From positions 984,116-1,048,115 of the forward strand of contig MNCI01002568.1 of assembly GCA_015680685.1 (NCBI GenBank): 64,000 nucleotides of DNA. The letters run 5' to 3'. Below are positions 34,158 to 48,346 of this stretch, one piece after another. The position numbers were made by a program, and so were the translations under genes. Numbering within the stretch: the stretch's first letter is position 1; every line of letters starts with the position of its first letter. The notes under the pieces were generated by a model. The model did no database searches, had not been told where the DNA came from, and saw only the letters and a list, made by a program, of their open reading frames with translations. The DNA comes from Gnetum montanum. Its lineage: Eukaryota; Plantae; Gnetophyta.

Positions 34158-37100
34158 AGGACAAGTTGTTACAACAAAAATGGGGTATTGATAATATTGA
34201 TGTATTAATAAATTCAAAATAAGTGAAAGTTGGAGAGAGCAAAATATTAGAGGTGGTAATGTAAATGAGATCACTAATATTCAGAGTAAGAATGGGATAA
34301 CACTATGTCAAAGTTGCAGAAGATGAAGCAGTGAATGCCATGAAGACTGAATATGTGGATTATATTTACTGCAAGAAGGATAAGATGAGCAAAAGATGAA
34401 CAACATTTATTATTACGATATTGTGGAGCAGATTTCTTTAGAAGAAAATAACAAATCTTTAATATCTTTGTATAAGCTATTCCATTATTGGTGTTTCTTG
34501 GAATTATATAAAATATGTGTTCAAATTTCATGAATATTGAATGCATGTATTATACTCAGGATTTATTGTTATTAATATATTTTACACTAGTTCAAAAAAT
34601 TCTTTAAATCTATATAGATATAATAAAATCAAATATCAATACTAGTTTAGCAAACCATGAGGCCTTGAACTTCTTTTTAAAAAATTTAAGTGGTTAGTAA
34701 TATAGTTGCTTTCTTAAGAAGTATCTGATTAGTAAGATTAGTAAAATTGGTCGTATTAGTTTTCTTGGAGCATGAAGAGGGAGTGTGTTAAGAAGAGTAA
34801 TAATAAACACTCATCCTTACAAAAAAGGAAGATATACCACACAAAGCTAAGAAGTCTCGTCATCCTTGTAGATCCACTTTTTGCTCACCTTTTCTGTATA
34901 CTAAAGATCCTATGAAGTCAAAATTATGTTTAACTCTTGTAGAGACTCCTGGAAGAGATGAGATAAACTCCAAACTTTGAAGGAATTTAAGGTCTAACAC
35001 CTCTAACAAATCTAGAAGAGATGAATCAAAGAGTCATAAAAGCAGAATTAGCTAGCACTGTTCTCTAAGTTCTCCATCCTCTTTATCACACTCGTCAATA
35101 AACTCTGACAAGAGAGGGTGAAGGCCAAGGGATCATAAGAGGGAGAGAAAAAGGGATCATGATAGACACACTAACAAAAGAAGACATCCTAATGATGAAG
35201 AAGATAGGGAAAGGGAACCAAGGCATGAGAGAAGAGAACACTTTGAACATCTAAGGGATTACTACAATAATAAAGACTACGAACTCAAAGACTATGGAGA
35301 ACTCTTATTGACCACTCAAAGCATGATCAATATCAGATAAGCAATGTATATATCGACATGACATCTAAGAGATAGTCACATCAAGAAACTTAACATAAAT
35401 AACATTCCAAAGGTTGGCAAAGGATACAATGTAGATCCACAATATCATTTTTAAGTATTCTATGATGCTTGCACCCTACAACATATAGAAAACCATTTAT
35501 AGCATTTAAAGTAATTTCCAAAAACACTCATTAAGGAGGCAAAGGGCTAATAGATATTCTTAAAACTAGAATCTATTAGAAGATAGAGTACCATGCTAGA
35601 GCTCTTCAATGATAAATATCAAATGCATTTAAGGGTATCAAATTTGAGAAAACAAATCTAAGGATGGGAACAAGAGATATATGAATCCTTTGATGCAACA
35701 ATGAATAGATATTATTCATTATTACATGGATGCCTAGGTCATGGATTTGCTTGAAGGGAACAACTATAGTACATCATTAATGAACTAAGGAACAAAACAA
35801 GAGAGACCCTTAGTGTGTATGCCCACAGAAGATTATCTAAAATGACAGCCTATTAAATCCAATGGTTACTAGATCAAGTAATAAAAGCAGAAGGAGAGCT
35901 ACATAAAACAGAGTTAGTTAAGGAGTATAACAAAGATCCTACTCTTAGAAAATAGATGTGAGAATCTATGAGACACAAGAAGAGGAAACCATGGAAGATC
36001 TAATTTAGTGAAAAATTCTACCCATCCAAAAATCAATTAATAATATTGCAACTAAGATAAAGAAAATGTGGAACTCTATGGATGAAAAGTTTGCAATAGT
36101 ACTAACAGTAGTAGAAGAGAAACGAAACAAGCATTTTCCAAGAACAAGGATAAGAAAAAATGAGGAGTAATGGATGTGATAATTATAGGATAAGGGAAAA
36201 GTTGTTGTAGTGAAAGAGTTTACAGACTCAAGTTTTAAAGATGGGAATGGATGCAATGTGTGCTAATATGAACATCCCAACAATTTTATTTTGTTATGGT
36301 CCATTTATGGAAGTTCAAGGCATATGTACTTAATCCAAAATTTATCACAAAGAAAATGTTCAAAAGAGCACCTTACCCATAAGGTAATTACAAATAAACC
36401 TATCAACAACTATACTATCCTAGTGGGACATATTCTCAACCACAAGAGTAATACTAGTAGTAGTGGTAATAACCATAGTTGTGGAAGATGTTACTTCTAA
36501 GGCAACAATATTTGTATCACCAACCAACTCCTTACAAATGTTATGTCTAGTGTTCTATATCTCTAGGAAATACTCTTTTTCATGCTTCTTCTCATTACTA
36601 CCTAATTAAATATCCTTAGCCTATGACCTCATGCATGAAATCATAATTCTACATATCTCAATCAATTATAGATCACTCTCATTATGCCTCTAATTCTCTA
36701 CCACTAGTACCATCACTAACAATGCAAGGAGAACTACCAACATAACCACAATATAAAAGTGCTACTAGAACAATTAGTACATAAGGAGACATCACAAGCA
36801 ATGATAAGCTAAGGGTAAAGAAATGTTCTTTCTTTAGGACAAGTCTAGAAAAGGTTCAAGGAATACGAACTTCATCCAACTCTACTCTTTCTATATGAAG
36901 TCCTTAAGAAAGTATCATGCTTCAAACATCAACAAAGAAGAATCTAATTATTATCATGCTTACATGGACCATAACCCATTAGATAAAGCAAAGGCACTTC
37001 CCAAGAAATGAACAGATCCAGGAAGCCCTTTAATCAATATCTAGATAGCAAGAAATAAACCATACAAGGCTCTATTAGAGTCAGGATTGAGGATCAATCT

Positions 37101-37715
37101 TATTTTCTATGATATGCCTAAGGTTTGGAACTTAAGAAATGTAACATTTGGTTAAATTTTGTGGACTAGTCTATTGTTATTCCACTTAGATAAGTGGAGG
37201 ATGTTGTAACTAATATAAGTGGTTGGTTCTATCCTACAAATTTCCTAGCCATTCAAGTGGGAAAGAATAAAACAGAATTACCTATAATCATGAGAAGGGC
37301 ATGGGTTAGCACTATGGATGCTAAGCTTGGACTTAGATATTTGTCCTTGGAAGTATCTAAGGAAGATGAGATTGAAGTCATTTAATAAGGAAGAGTTCCA
37401 TATATTGCATATAATAATAATGGGTGTAATTACATGTAGAAATTTTAGACAACAAGGCAAGATAACAATGTAGCATGCAAAATATGCATTGAAGTATGTG
37501 TGTATAACAATATTATATGTAGTAGCCATGAAGAAAGAGTGCATCCAGTGGCTAACTAATGAACAAAATCTGAATCAAATATATGCATATAACTAGTTGA
37601 AAAGATCACAAGTACCTATGTGGAAGAAAGTAATAACATAGAGCAAATACAAAGATAACTCTCTTGGAATAAGTTTCAATAAGAAGATGATCTTGAATGG
37701 GGAGAATTAGAAATT

Positions 37716-38558
37716 TTTTGAGCAGCGAGGTATCCCTACGCCGAACCTTACGAATCACTAAGGCGTTCACATGTGATTCGGTCGAATTCTGTGGACCTAT
37801 AGTTCTCCAGTACACTAGTTTTTCTAGGAAGTGAAATGGGTGTTGAGAATGTTCATTGTCTTTCCAACTACACTTGTGAAGCTCAAGGATATGGTTTAAG
37901 TATAATTGAGGTACATAATTTTTATCATTTTATGTTTTATAAGTTTAATTGCCTACAACAAGAATGAAAGGTAGAGTAATATAAGATTTAATTCATTCAT
38001 TGCCTAGCTAGCCTAACACAGGTACCTGTCTGACTTTCCTGAACACATATAGTGCTACTAGGCTACCAAACATTAAACGTTGCTAGGTTACCAAACACTA
38101 TATGTATGCTTGAAGTGGTCGTGCTTGTGTTCATTAACTGGAAATTAATTGCTTAATTTAAATGCTTTAAAGTAAAGTGCATTAAAGGAAACATTAATCT
38201 ATTCTTAGTGCTATAAGGATTATCAGAAGGGTTCATTTTTATTCCCATCATACTATTGTGCTTAGGTACATCATTGTTTGAACAAAGATCCATACACACT
38301 CAAACTCTTGTTGCAGGCACTCAAAAAAAAATATTCTAACTTTGGAGAAAACAAACTGCAAGAGCTTCACTACTTAATGCAAAAACTATGAAAAACTCTA
38401 TGAAAATTGTGATACCAAGCACTATATTTATAGGCTGGCATATACCTAGCAATATCGGATATTCAACATCATGTCCTAGGCTTTGACATTAGGTATCTGA
38501 TGTCATGGCTCCGATATTGGGTATCTGATATTGGAGTGTTTTAGAACATGATTCATCA
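37716..38558 (-). repeat. 3' LTR of the nested Athila
   Basis: Direct repeat of 47455-48346. The PPT (TACCCCCACGAC on +) abuts at 38559. Confidence 0.9.
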
Positions 38559-41500
38559 TACCCCCACGACTGAATGAAAACTTATCCTCTAGTGAAGAAG
38601 AAGAGGAACAAGTTCCTTACAAAATATTATGAATGTATGGGATTATTGATTGACATACAAATTGACTCAGATGGAACAAAAAGACTTTGAGTGCCCAAGT
38701 ATACGAAGTTACAATCTTTTACAAAATTGTGTGTTCATGATAAAAGAAGTGAACACCCTAGGTAGAATTGATATCCATCCCTCTTGGTAGATGAAGAGTG
38801 AGAGAGAAGAGCCAATGATCATGAATGATCCTCATCATGTGGTACTACCACATCATCCTTAGTGAATATAGTCCCACTTCCATTTCATGATTCCCATTGC
38901 AGTCATAATAGCATCATGAATTAGTATGCAATGTGTAACACATAGTTGTTAAATGCCTTGTCTCATCAGTGGTTACACTTGGCTAGGTTGTGATTGTGGT
39001 AGATTGATTCCTGTAGGAGTGTTAGCAAGAAGGCTAACAAATAGGATAAAATAGATAAGTGGTCCATTATATTTGAAAAAGTTCTACATAAGAAAATATT
39101 TGAAGAGGGTGTAAGAATTCACAACAATAAAAAATAAAGTTCACTAAAAAATTGTTGTAAGGATGTGCACAATTAGATGTCATTGATGAGGTAAAAAAAA
39201 TATTTGATTGTAAGAGTGTTTAAGGATAAAGAAATTAACTAACCCACTAAATAATATGCAAGTGGGTCCTTCCCAAAGCAGGCACAAACCTTTTATGCCC
39301 TTGCATAACTTCAAACCAAAGAGTCCATGGGCTTTGTGGATGATTAATGGTTATAGAAGGTTTAGTACAAAAACCTAGAAGAAACTACCTAAGAATTTTG
39401 ACACATCAAATTAGGACATCAAACAAGAACATGAAACTGACAGTGATGTGAGACATGGAAAGTATAGATGGATGAGAGAGAGTGGAATGGAGTTCCTGAT
39501 TAAGGTCACATAAATTTCCTTGTGAATTTTATGGTTAAATGAGTTGATAAGATCCATCATTAGTCCAAACCAATACCAACCTCATTCAGTGATTTTGCAT
39601 CACCATTCTAAGACCACTTCATCCCCCTAAGACACAAGAGTGCATCCATAGAACAACCACCATTTCTTATTAAAGTAGAAAGGAGCAGTAGGAAGTGAGG
39701 AAGGGCCTTAGTTAGAGGGGACCTGTAGGCATGGGTAACATGTCTTTCTAGTCCCATAACTAATGCTTGTAACCTATTTATTTTGTCTAAGGGATGTGCT
39801 ATGAATTCCTATCATGTTTTTTTTTTGAAATGAGAACCACACCATATAAAGACATATGTATTTATTTAGTCTAAGGGGTGTGCTTTGAATTATCATTGGT
39901 TTTTTTTTTCAATGAGAACCACACCATGCAAAGACATATTCAACTTCCTTTTATTTGTCAACAAATAATGGTAAGAAATCCATGAAAACACACATGCACC
40001 AAGGTAAATAGAAAGGCACAAAGAATACCGAATCCCCTTGAAGTCACACCCTATTCAAACCTTTGAATCCTTTCCAATTCTGGGAACTACCAAAGTTACA
40101 AATTTGTTAACGTTTTATTAATGAAAAAGGGACTGCATGTTTCCAAAACAAGGAAAACCATAGAGTTTGTGGATGGGTGGATGTTGTGGACTCACTACCT
40201 ATTGCATGAAAAAGAAACCATTACCACTATACCTAGCACTTATTAACAAAAAGTTAGAAAATCACACCAAAATGAAAAAAAAAAGGAAAATATAAAAGAA
40301 GTGTAAAATATTCAAGAAATAGCAAATATATTAACAATGGTGTAAAAAAATTAGAAAAGATTAATAACAGGAAAATAAGAAGACGTAAAATAAAGAATGT
40401 GAAAAACAAAAAGTTGTAAAATAAAAATGTGTAAAACAAAAAAAAATGAAAAATTGAGGAGCCACTTATATAGTTAGCATGGATGGCCATCTCCCCCATG
40501 ACTAAGTTGAAAGGAGGAGATCCAAAACACGGAGCATGGTTGTCCATTTGATGAGGCATTTGTTGTATTTGCTAGCTTATGCTCATGGAAAGATTTGACT
40601 TGTTGGATGTTGACCAGCTATTTTTTGTTTGGGTTCTCAAGTTTGTAGATCATCATGGCCCCAAAAGAAAAAGTTTCATAAATGATGTAAGGTCCTTCCC
40701 ACAATGTTTAGAACTTAGTTTGTTGAGGTAAATGTGTGGGATTCTAGTAGAGAACCTTATATCTTGGTTGAAATTTAACTTTTTTGATTTTAAGGCCATG
40801 GCACTTTTTGTTGTAGGCCTTGTGCAACTCGTTAGATGATAAGGCCACCAATCGGTTTTCATCTAGCAGGTTGAGATTCATTAGTCTTTCTTTTTATGCT
40901 AGACTCAAGTCAAGGTCAAGGTCATAGGCTATTGAAAGTGTAAGGAGCTCAGATTGAATAGGAAGTGTTAGTAATTTTCCATACACAAGCTCATAGGGGT
41001 AATAGCCTATAGGTAGTTTCCGTGTTGAGTGGTAGGCCCAAAGGACATCATTGAGGTTTTGTGCTCCAGTATTTCCTATATTTGCTAACAGTTCTTGTTA
41101 GAATCCTTGTGATTTCCCTATTGGTAACCTCAACTTGACCATTGGCTTAGGGGTGGTAGGGTGTTGTGAGTTTATGTTCAACCCCTAAGAATTACATGAG
41201 CTTTCGAAAAGTAGTGCTTGTAAAGTGAGTTCCATTATTAGAAATTAATGCATGTGGCACACCAAACCTATTTACAACATTTTGTTGTACAAGCTAACCA
41301 GTAGTAGAAGATGTATAGTTGATGACAACTATTACTTCTTCCCATTTCATATAATAGTTAATAGCAACTATGATGTACACCTTTCCATTTGACATGGGCA
41401 TGATAGGCCCCATGAAATTAATGCCCCAGATGTTGAAGGGTTCCAATGGTTGAATCCATTATTGAGGTTCCTTCATTTGAGCAATTATTCCACCATCTCA

Positions 41501-44249
41501 TTGGCATCGTTCACAAGAACGAATGTAATAGTAAGCATCCTTGAAGATTTTTGGCCAATACTACCTTGCCATCAAGATTTTAATGGTCATGCATCTCCTA
41601 GCATAGTGTCCTCCACAAGGACCTTCATGAGCATATTTGAGAATACACAGTGATTAGCATCAAGGACATACTAACAAACTAGGCCATTGATGCACACCTT
41701 GTAGAGGTGTCCATTGATCTCCATGAAGTGTTTTACCTAGTGAAGAAACTATTGTTTCTTTCGGTGGTCCAACCCTTGTGGCATTTCTTGGGTGAGGAGA
41801 TAGGTGAGAATGCCATCATACCATTTAGGCTCATTGGGAAATTATTGAATTATAGCCCTAGCAAAGAAGAGTTCATTAGAAAACATATCAAATAGTGAGT
41901 TTTCTTCCTCTTTGTCATCCCATCATAACCGAGACAAGTGATCAACAACTACATTCTTAGTGTCCTTTCGATCTACCATTGTAAGATTGAATTCTTGTAA
42001 GATCACCAGCCACTGTATGACACGAGGGCTTACCATTGGCTTGTTCATCAAGAAGCTAAAGGCACTATGGTCTATGTGTACAAATACCTTGTATCCAAGC
42101 ACATAATGCCTGAATTTCTCTAGAGTAAACACCACTGTCATCAATTATTTTTCTGTAGTAGTGTAGTTCAGTTGTGCACCCATAATGCTTCGACGTACAC
42201 AGTTGATGTAGTATGGATATTTCTTATCATCAACTTGTGTAAGCATGGCTCCTAAGGCATAATTTGATGCATCCATCATGACATGAAATGGTTTGGACTA
42301 GTTAGGTGCTTGTAGAATTAGAGTTTCTACAAGTTACTCTTTCAGTTGTTAGAATGCTTTTGTTACATTCCTCGGCCCAGACAAATGGAGCATCTTTCTT
42401 TGTCAACTCCACCAATAGCTTGCAATCTTTGAGAAATTCTCTATGAATTTCCAGTAGCAGCTAGTATGTTCAAGGAATGATCAAACATCTTTGATAGTTT
42501 CTGGGTGGCGAGTTATTTCTTAGATGACCCTTATTTTCTTAGGGTCTACCTCAATTCTTGGTTGTGATATTTTGTGCCCCAATACAATGCCTTTTTGGGC
42601 CATTAGATGACTCTTTTTCCAGTTGAGCCACAAGTTGGTTTCAACACATCATTTTAGCACTTACTTAAGGCAGTCCAGGGCTTGCTCAAATGTAGCTTCA
42701 TAAGTGGAGAAGTCATCCATGAAGAATTCCACACCACTTCTGATTTGTTGTTGAAAAATGCTCAAAACTAGGCATTGGAATGTAGTAGGAGCATTACATA
42801 GACCAAATTCCATCTTGTGATATGCAAAAGTTCCCCAAGGACTTGTGAATGTTATCTTTACCTACTCCTCTGGTGCAATTTGAATTTCATTATAACCGCT
42901 ATAAACATCTAGAAAATTGTAATAAAAATGCCCAAATATTGTGTCTAACACCTAATCAACAAATGACAATGGAAAATGGTCCTTGAATGTTACCATATTC
43001 AGTAGTAAAAAATCGATGCAGACCCACCACTTACCTCCTTTCTTTGGCACAATCACGAGTGGACTAACCCACTCACTATCCACAATGGGATAAATGAACC
43101 CTACCTCGAGGAGTTATTTAATTTCCTCTTTGATGATCTACTTCAGTTTGGGGTTCAATCACCTCTGTGGTTGTCTCTTTGGCTTCATGGTCGGATCAGT
43201 GTAGATACAATGCTAGCATATCCTAGGATCAATCCCTGTGAGTTCAAGATATGACTAAGCAAAAGTTGACCATTTTTCAATCACATTCAATAGCATCCTT
43301 TTCTGATTTGGAGTAAGATTTTCATTGATTATGATTAGCTTCCCATTTTTTAAAAACACATATTCCATTCCAATAGGTAGCATTTTTAGTTTAAGGGGCT
43401 CTTACTTGAAATTTTCAGGAATCTCCAACTCTCCTCAATAAATATCATCATTTGCATTATCAAAGAGTTGGTGATGAACTTGCTCTAGTTCATCCATGCC
43501 TACAACATATGTGCATGTTAGGCTCTTAGTCGGTTCCATGCAAAAGTGTGTTGCTTTCAGAATTAGCAGTTAGCCACTGAGTGTCCTCTTATTTTGTGGC
43601 TGTTGCACACATACACCTTTAAATTTATGCTTCTAGTGCACACTGCTTGGATGTAGAGATAGATGCTTGTTTCATGGCCTAGAGTTTCTACACATAATTG
43701 CACCTTATATTGCTATACGTAATGCATGGAACTCAGTTCTTCTCGATCTTTCCAAATGTATTTTCTTTGGATATTTCAAGAGAAAGATCTCTTATGCTCA
43801 TTCTTGCATCAATGGTGCTAAGCCATGTCCTTCCCATGATGATTGGGAAATCCCCTTTGTAGTTCTTCACCTTGATCACTAGGAAATCAATAGGATAAGA
43901 CCACCCACAAACAATGGTCACAATGTCTTTCACTAGTCCTAATGGAATAGTGATGGATTGGTCTACCAATTCTAATCTAATATTTCTCTTGTTAAGAGGA
44001 GGCAAGTTCCATGCAGTGTACATCTCATGATAAATTAAATTGACATCAAAACTTGAGTTAATAAGAGCTTTGCATGGTTCATTCCCAACAATCTGCAAAT
44101 AAATATGAGGACTTCTAGGATTGGCTAATTTCCTAGAAAGGTTTTTGGCACGAATCCAATCAAATATAGTGTGAGTAATGAAATACCACCAAATTTGGGC
44201 CATTGTGTCTTGATTACAAATTTGTCTATGTGTCAATAAAAAGCAAATT

Positions 44250-44930
44250 TTTTCTAAGTGTTGGGTCTACACTCTCCACTACTAGGACTATGCTCCAGAC
44301 CATAGCTAGCATAGTTTGTAGCACAAGTCCAGATTTGCAAGATTTTTTCTAAGTGTCGACAGCAGTTGTAAGTTTTTTTAAGTGTCGACAATAGCTACAA
44401 ATTTTTCTAAGTTCCAAGACTATGCTCTTCATTGCTAAGACTACGCTCCAGAGCATAGTTAGCACACAAATATCTAGTTTTGCAAATTTTCCTAAGTGTC
44501 AAGCCAGTGCTACAAAGCTTGCTTGGGATGTAAGAAACAGCTTGGCAAATCTTCTAAGTGCTGGGACTATGCTCCTTACTACACTCTAGAGCATAATTAG
44601 CATAGTCTACACCAAGACATTAGTTTTGCAAAATCTTTCTAACTACCAAGACTATGCTCTCCATTGCTAGGACTACGCTCTAGAGCATAGTCAGTGTAGT
44701 TAGCATGGAAACACATTTTTTTACAAAATTTTCTAACTGCTGAGACTACACTCAAGAGTGTAGTTAAGCATAGATAGCATCAAGGCCTAGTTTTTTGCAA
44801 ATTTCTTCTATCTATTGAGATTACACTTGAGAGCGTAGTCAAGCATAGTCAACTAGAAGCCTAATTTTGCAAAATTTGTCTAAGTGTTAGACTATGCTCC
44901 AGAGCATAGTCATATAGAATAGCCTCCAAA
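44250..44930. repeat. Degenerate tandem array with a 22-bp palindromic core GACTA(C/T)GCTCNNGAGC(G/A)TAGTC
   Basis: Cores at 44286, 44439, about 44577, 44671, 44744, 44819 and 44890, separated by related TTTTGCAAA...TTCTAAGTG linkers. Confidence 0.85.
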
Positions 44931-47435
44931 AGCTACCAAAACGTAGCATCAGCATCCACATGAACTCCAACACTCATCTAGCAAGCAAGATCAACAACTT
45001 GCATTTCTTTTTTACATCCCCCATTTGTCCCAAAATTGTACCAATGCTTGACACCACTCGAGAGAGTGGACAACGTAGTCTCCAAACTTGCATTATTTTT
45101 CACATTTTTTAGGTACATTGTGGTCTTCTCAGCACTTGCACATGTAGTTGGGTAGCATAGCCACAATCTGGCAATATTGCAAGGTCCATTGGAGCACACC
45201 AGCAGAACACCATTTGCTTTAGTGGAGAGTGTAGTTGGATGTAGTGTAGTTCCAACTATCCCACTACCACATGGCACTCGATCCACAATTCACAGCAACC
45301 CTAACCCTATAAATACCCCCATGATTTACATTTTGGGAGTTAGGAAATTTGAAGATCCATTGACATTTTGGCATTTTTTGTTGGCAAACTCATTGGAGCA
45401 TCTTGGGAAGAGTAGTTCGAGGAGAGAACTAGTACACTAGCAAGCACCTTTGCACACCACCGTAGACCACTGCAGCGCATGGAACACCATGGTAGCCTTC
45501 TAGATATTTTCCTTTGTGTTAGTCATGGATTCAAAGCATACACCCTAGACTCTTGTAAATGTGACACTATGGGGAAACATCCCTTAGGATGTTCATACTA
45601 ATAGATGTCACATCCACTAGCATCATTTGATTCACTTTCTCCAACTTCTTCTATTGCAGCAATTTTTCCCTTACCTTTTTGATAGGAACGTTCAATTTCC
45701 TTGGGCCTCCTATGCTCATGACCACTACCTTATTCTTTGGACTCTTCAACAATTTTTAGGACAGCTTGAAATTTGCTATCCATGGAGTCCCATAATTGAT
45801 CAACCTTGGTCATAATTTCATATTGAAATTTTTGGAGTGACAAGGTTTTCCCATTCACCATCTCATCAGGTGTGAATTCTTCCTCACTGTCATAGAATTG
45901 AACCTCCCTCTTGCAAATGGAAGGATCACAGTTATATTCTTCTGTACTTTCTCTTTTTCTTAATTCATCCTTTTCTTTAGCTACCTACTTGATTAGTCTT
46001 GGTATCTAATAGACACTTAATTTTGGCAATTGTCCTTGGGCATAGACATCAAGGGTTCTCCTTGTTTCTGATTAAAGCTTGTCTATAATGTGGCAAAGTT
46101 GATCTAGTGGAGAATAACCATGGTCAGGACATTTGTGCATTAAGGAATAGTATTGACCAATGGTGGTATCCAAGGGTTTTTTCATTCCTTGTTTTCATCC
46201 TTATACTTGCCTTCTCAAGTTGGACACTCTGAAGTATGTTTGATATTTATCATTAAATAATTTAAGCATGGTACTCCATTGTCTAATAGATTCTAGCTCT
46301 AAGGACTAGTACTAATTGTCTGCTTCTTTGATGAGTGTACTTGGGAACAACTTAAGTTTTTGCCATTCATTCTCTATGTTTTGCAAGGCACATGCATCTT
46401 GAAAAACTTGGAGATGGTTCTNGGCTCATTGAGACCATGATTATAGTGCCTATGATGCCCTCTACTACCCCTTCGTTCATGGTGATGTGCCTCTCTTGAA
46501 TGTATGCACCCTTGATCTTACCTTGCTTGACAATCCCTTCAATCATTTCTATCCTGTTAATCATTTTGGTCACCTCCATCATGGTCTTGCCTCCTGTAAT
46601 CATGGTTAGAGCTAGAAGAAAAAGAAGATGATGATGACGAAGGTGAAGAGGAAGGAGGACTAGCACTGTCATAGTTTTTGCTACCCCCTCTTTGGTGATT
46701 GTAGCCACGATCACGATCTTGTTTCTTGTCTACATCCCTACCTTGGCTTGTCTCTTTGGATAATTCTTTGTTATTGGATTCATTCTTACTAGAACCAGGA
46801 TTGTGAATAGTGGATTGTAGGTTTTGGTTTTGACCTAATTCACTAAAGTCAGAGAGAAGAATTTCATTGAATCAAAACCCCCAAAGAACGGCTCTCCACC
46901 ATCTCTTTGGTATAGCAAGAATGTAGAATCATTAAATTGTTTTCCCTTCACAAATTCATAATGTTGTTCCAATTAGCGATCCCTGAGACATTATGCCTCA
47001 ATGGGATGATAATCTCTAACATCACTCTCTTGCCAAGCATACTCAGCATGAAGTTCCTCGAGATCCCATCATATAAGCATTTGTTGGAGCATTGCAGGAA
47101 TGGATCGATTGGGCAATAGCACGACATTGCTCTTTATGTCATACCATCATAGCTATTTATCCTAATGTAGGATGAAGGTGAAATTGGGTACATACTCATC
47201 AGGATGAGCATATACCACTCAATATTATTGAGGCACCAACTAATGATCTCCATCAGACTTGGGCAGAGAAGCACTTCTATGAGAAAAAGACATTTTCAAT
47301 GAGATGATAAAAACGTAGTATGCTTTTAAATTTTTGTTGTAATAATTGTAAAATATGATATAATTGTAAGGTTTGATCTAATGATTTTGAATGATTTCCA
47401 CTAAATCCTAGATAGTACACAAAACAACTAAAAGG

Positions 47436-47453
47436 TCCCTGGCAATGGTGCCA
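47436..47453 (-). promoter_or_regulatory. Primer binding site (tRNA-Asp type, typical of Athila)
   Basis: TGGCACCATTGCCAGGGA lies 1 nt from the LTR end. It differs from TGGCGCCGTTGCCGGGGA only by G>A changes at CpG sites. Confidence 0.8.
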
Positions 47454-47454
47454 A

Positions 47455-48346
47455 TGATGAGCAACAAGGTACCCCTATGCCCAACCATACAAATCACTAA
47501 GGCATTCACATGTGATCTGGTCAAATTCCATGGACCTATAGTTCTCTAGTGTATTAGTTCTTATAGGAAGTGAAATGGACATTGATGACATTTGTTGTCT
47601 TCCCAACTACACTTGTGAAGCTCAAGGATATGGTTTAAGTGTAATGGAGATACATGATTTTTATCATGTTATGATTTATAAGTTTAATCACCTAGAACAA
47701 GAATGAAAGGTAGAGTAATTTAAGATCTAATTCATTCACTGCCTAGCGAGCCTAACACAAGGACCCATCCCACTTTCCTAGACACATTTTGAACACATAT
47801 AGTGCTACTAGGCTACCAAATGTTAAACGTTGCTGGGCTACCAAACGCTAAATGTTGTTGGGCTACCAAACACTATATGTATACTTGAAGTGGTCATGCT
47901 TGTATTCATGAAAAAATGGAAATTAATTGCTTAATTTAAATGCATTAAAGTAAAGTGCATGAAAGTAAAGCGCATTAAAAGAAACATTAATCTATTCTCA
48001 ATGCTACAAGGATTATCAAAAGGGTTCATTTTTATTCTTGTCACATTGCTGTGCTCAAGTACATCAAGTGTTTGAACAAATATTTGTACACACTCAAACT
48101 CCTGTTGTAGGCACTTAGAAAATATTATAACTTTAGAGAAAAAAAATTGCAAGAGCTTCACTAATCAATGCAAAAACTATGAAAAACTCTCTGAGAATCT
48201 TGAGCCCAAGTGCTATATTTATAGGCTATCATATACCTCGCAAACTATGATATCCAACATCACATCCTAGGCTCTGACATTAGGTATCCAATGTCGTAGC
48301 TCCGATATTGGGTATTTAATATTGCATGTCAGAACATGACTCATTA
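47455..48346 (-). repeat. 5' LTR of the nested Athila
   Basis: Direct repeat of 37716-38558 with one extra GCTACCAAA unit and small indels. Adjacent to the PBS. Confidence 0.9.

Larger units (their letters stand above)
37716..48346 (-). mobile_element. Full-length (10.6 kb) but decayed Athila-like Ty3/gypsy nested in the host pol
   Basis: Paired LTRs at 37716-38558 and 47455-48346. TSD AAATT at 37711-37715 and 48347-48351. PBS TGGCACCATTGCCAGGGA (tRNA-Asp type). PPT GTCGTGGGGGTA. gag, PR (ORF 43733-44236), RT (FFMDDF), RNaseH (LEKFRHYVLG...VVDHLSRL) and INT are in gypsy order. Confidence 0.92.

Noticed and set aside
34487-34505. Decayed tRNA-Asp PBS of the host Athila (TGGTGTTTCTTGGAA)
   Set aside because: It needs indels to match, and the upstream sequence does not convincingly align to the 3' LTR.
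44250-44930. CRISPR-like array of palindromic repeats
   Set aside because: The spacers are related to each other and irregular, the repeats are degenerate, there are no cas genes, and the context is a eukaryotic TE.
46367-46714. 115-aa minus-strand ORF as an independent gene
   Set aside because: It is an off-frame reading of the low-complexity N-terminus of the decayed gag.
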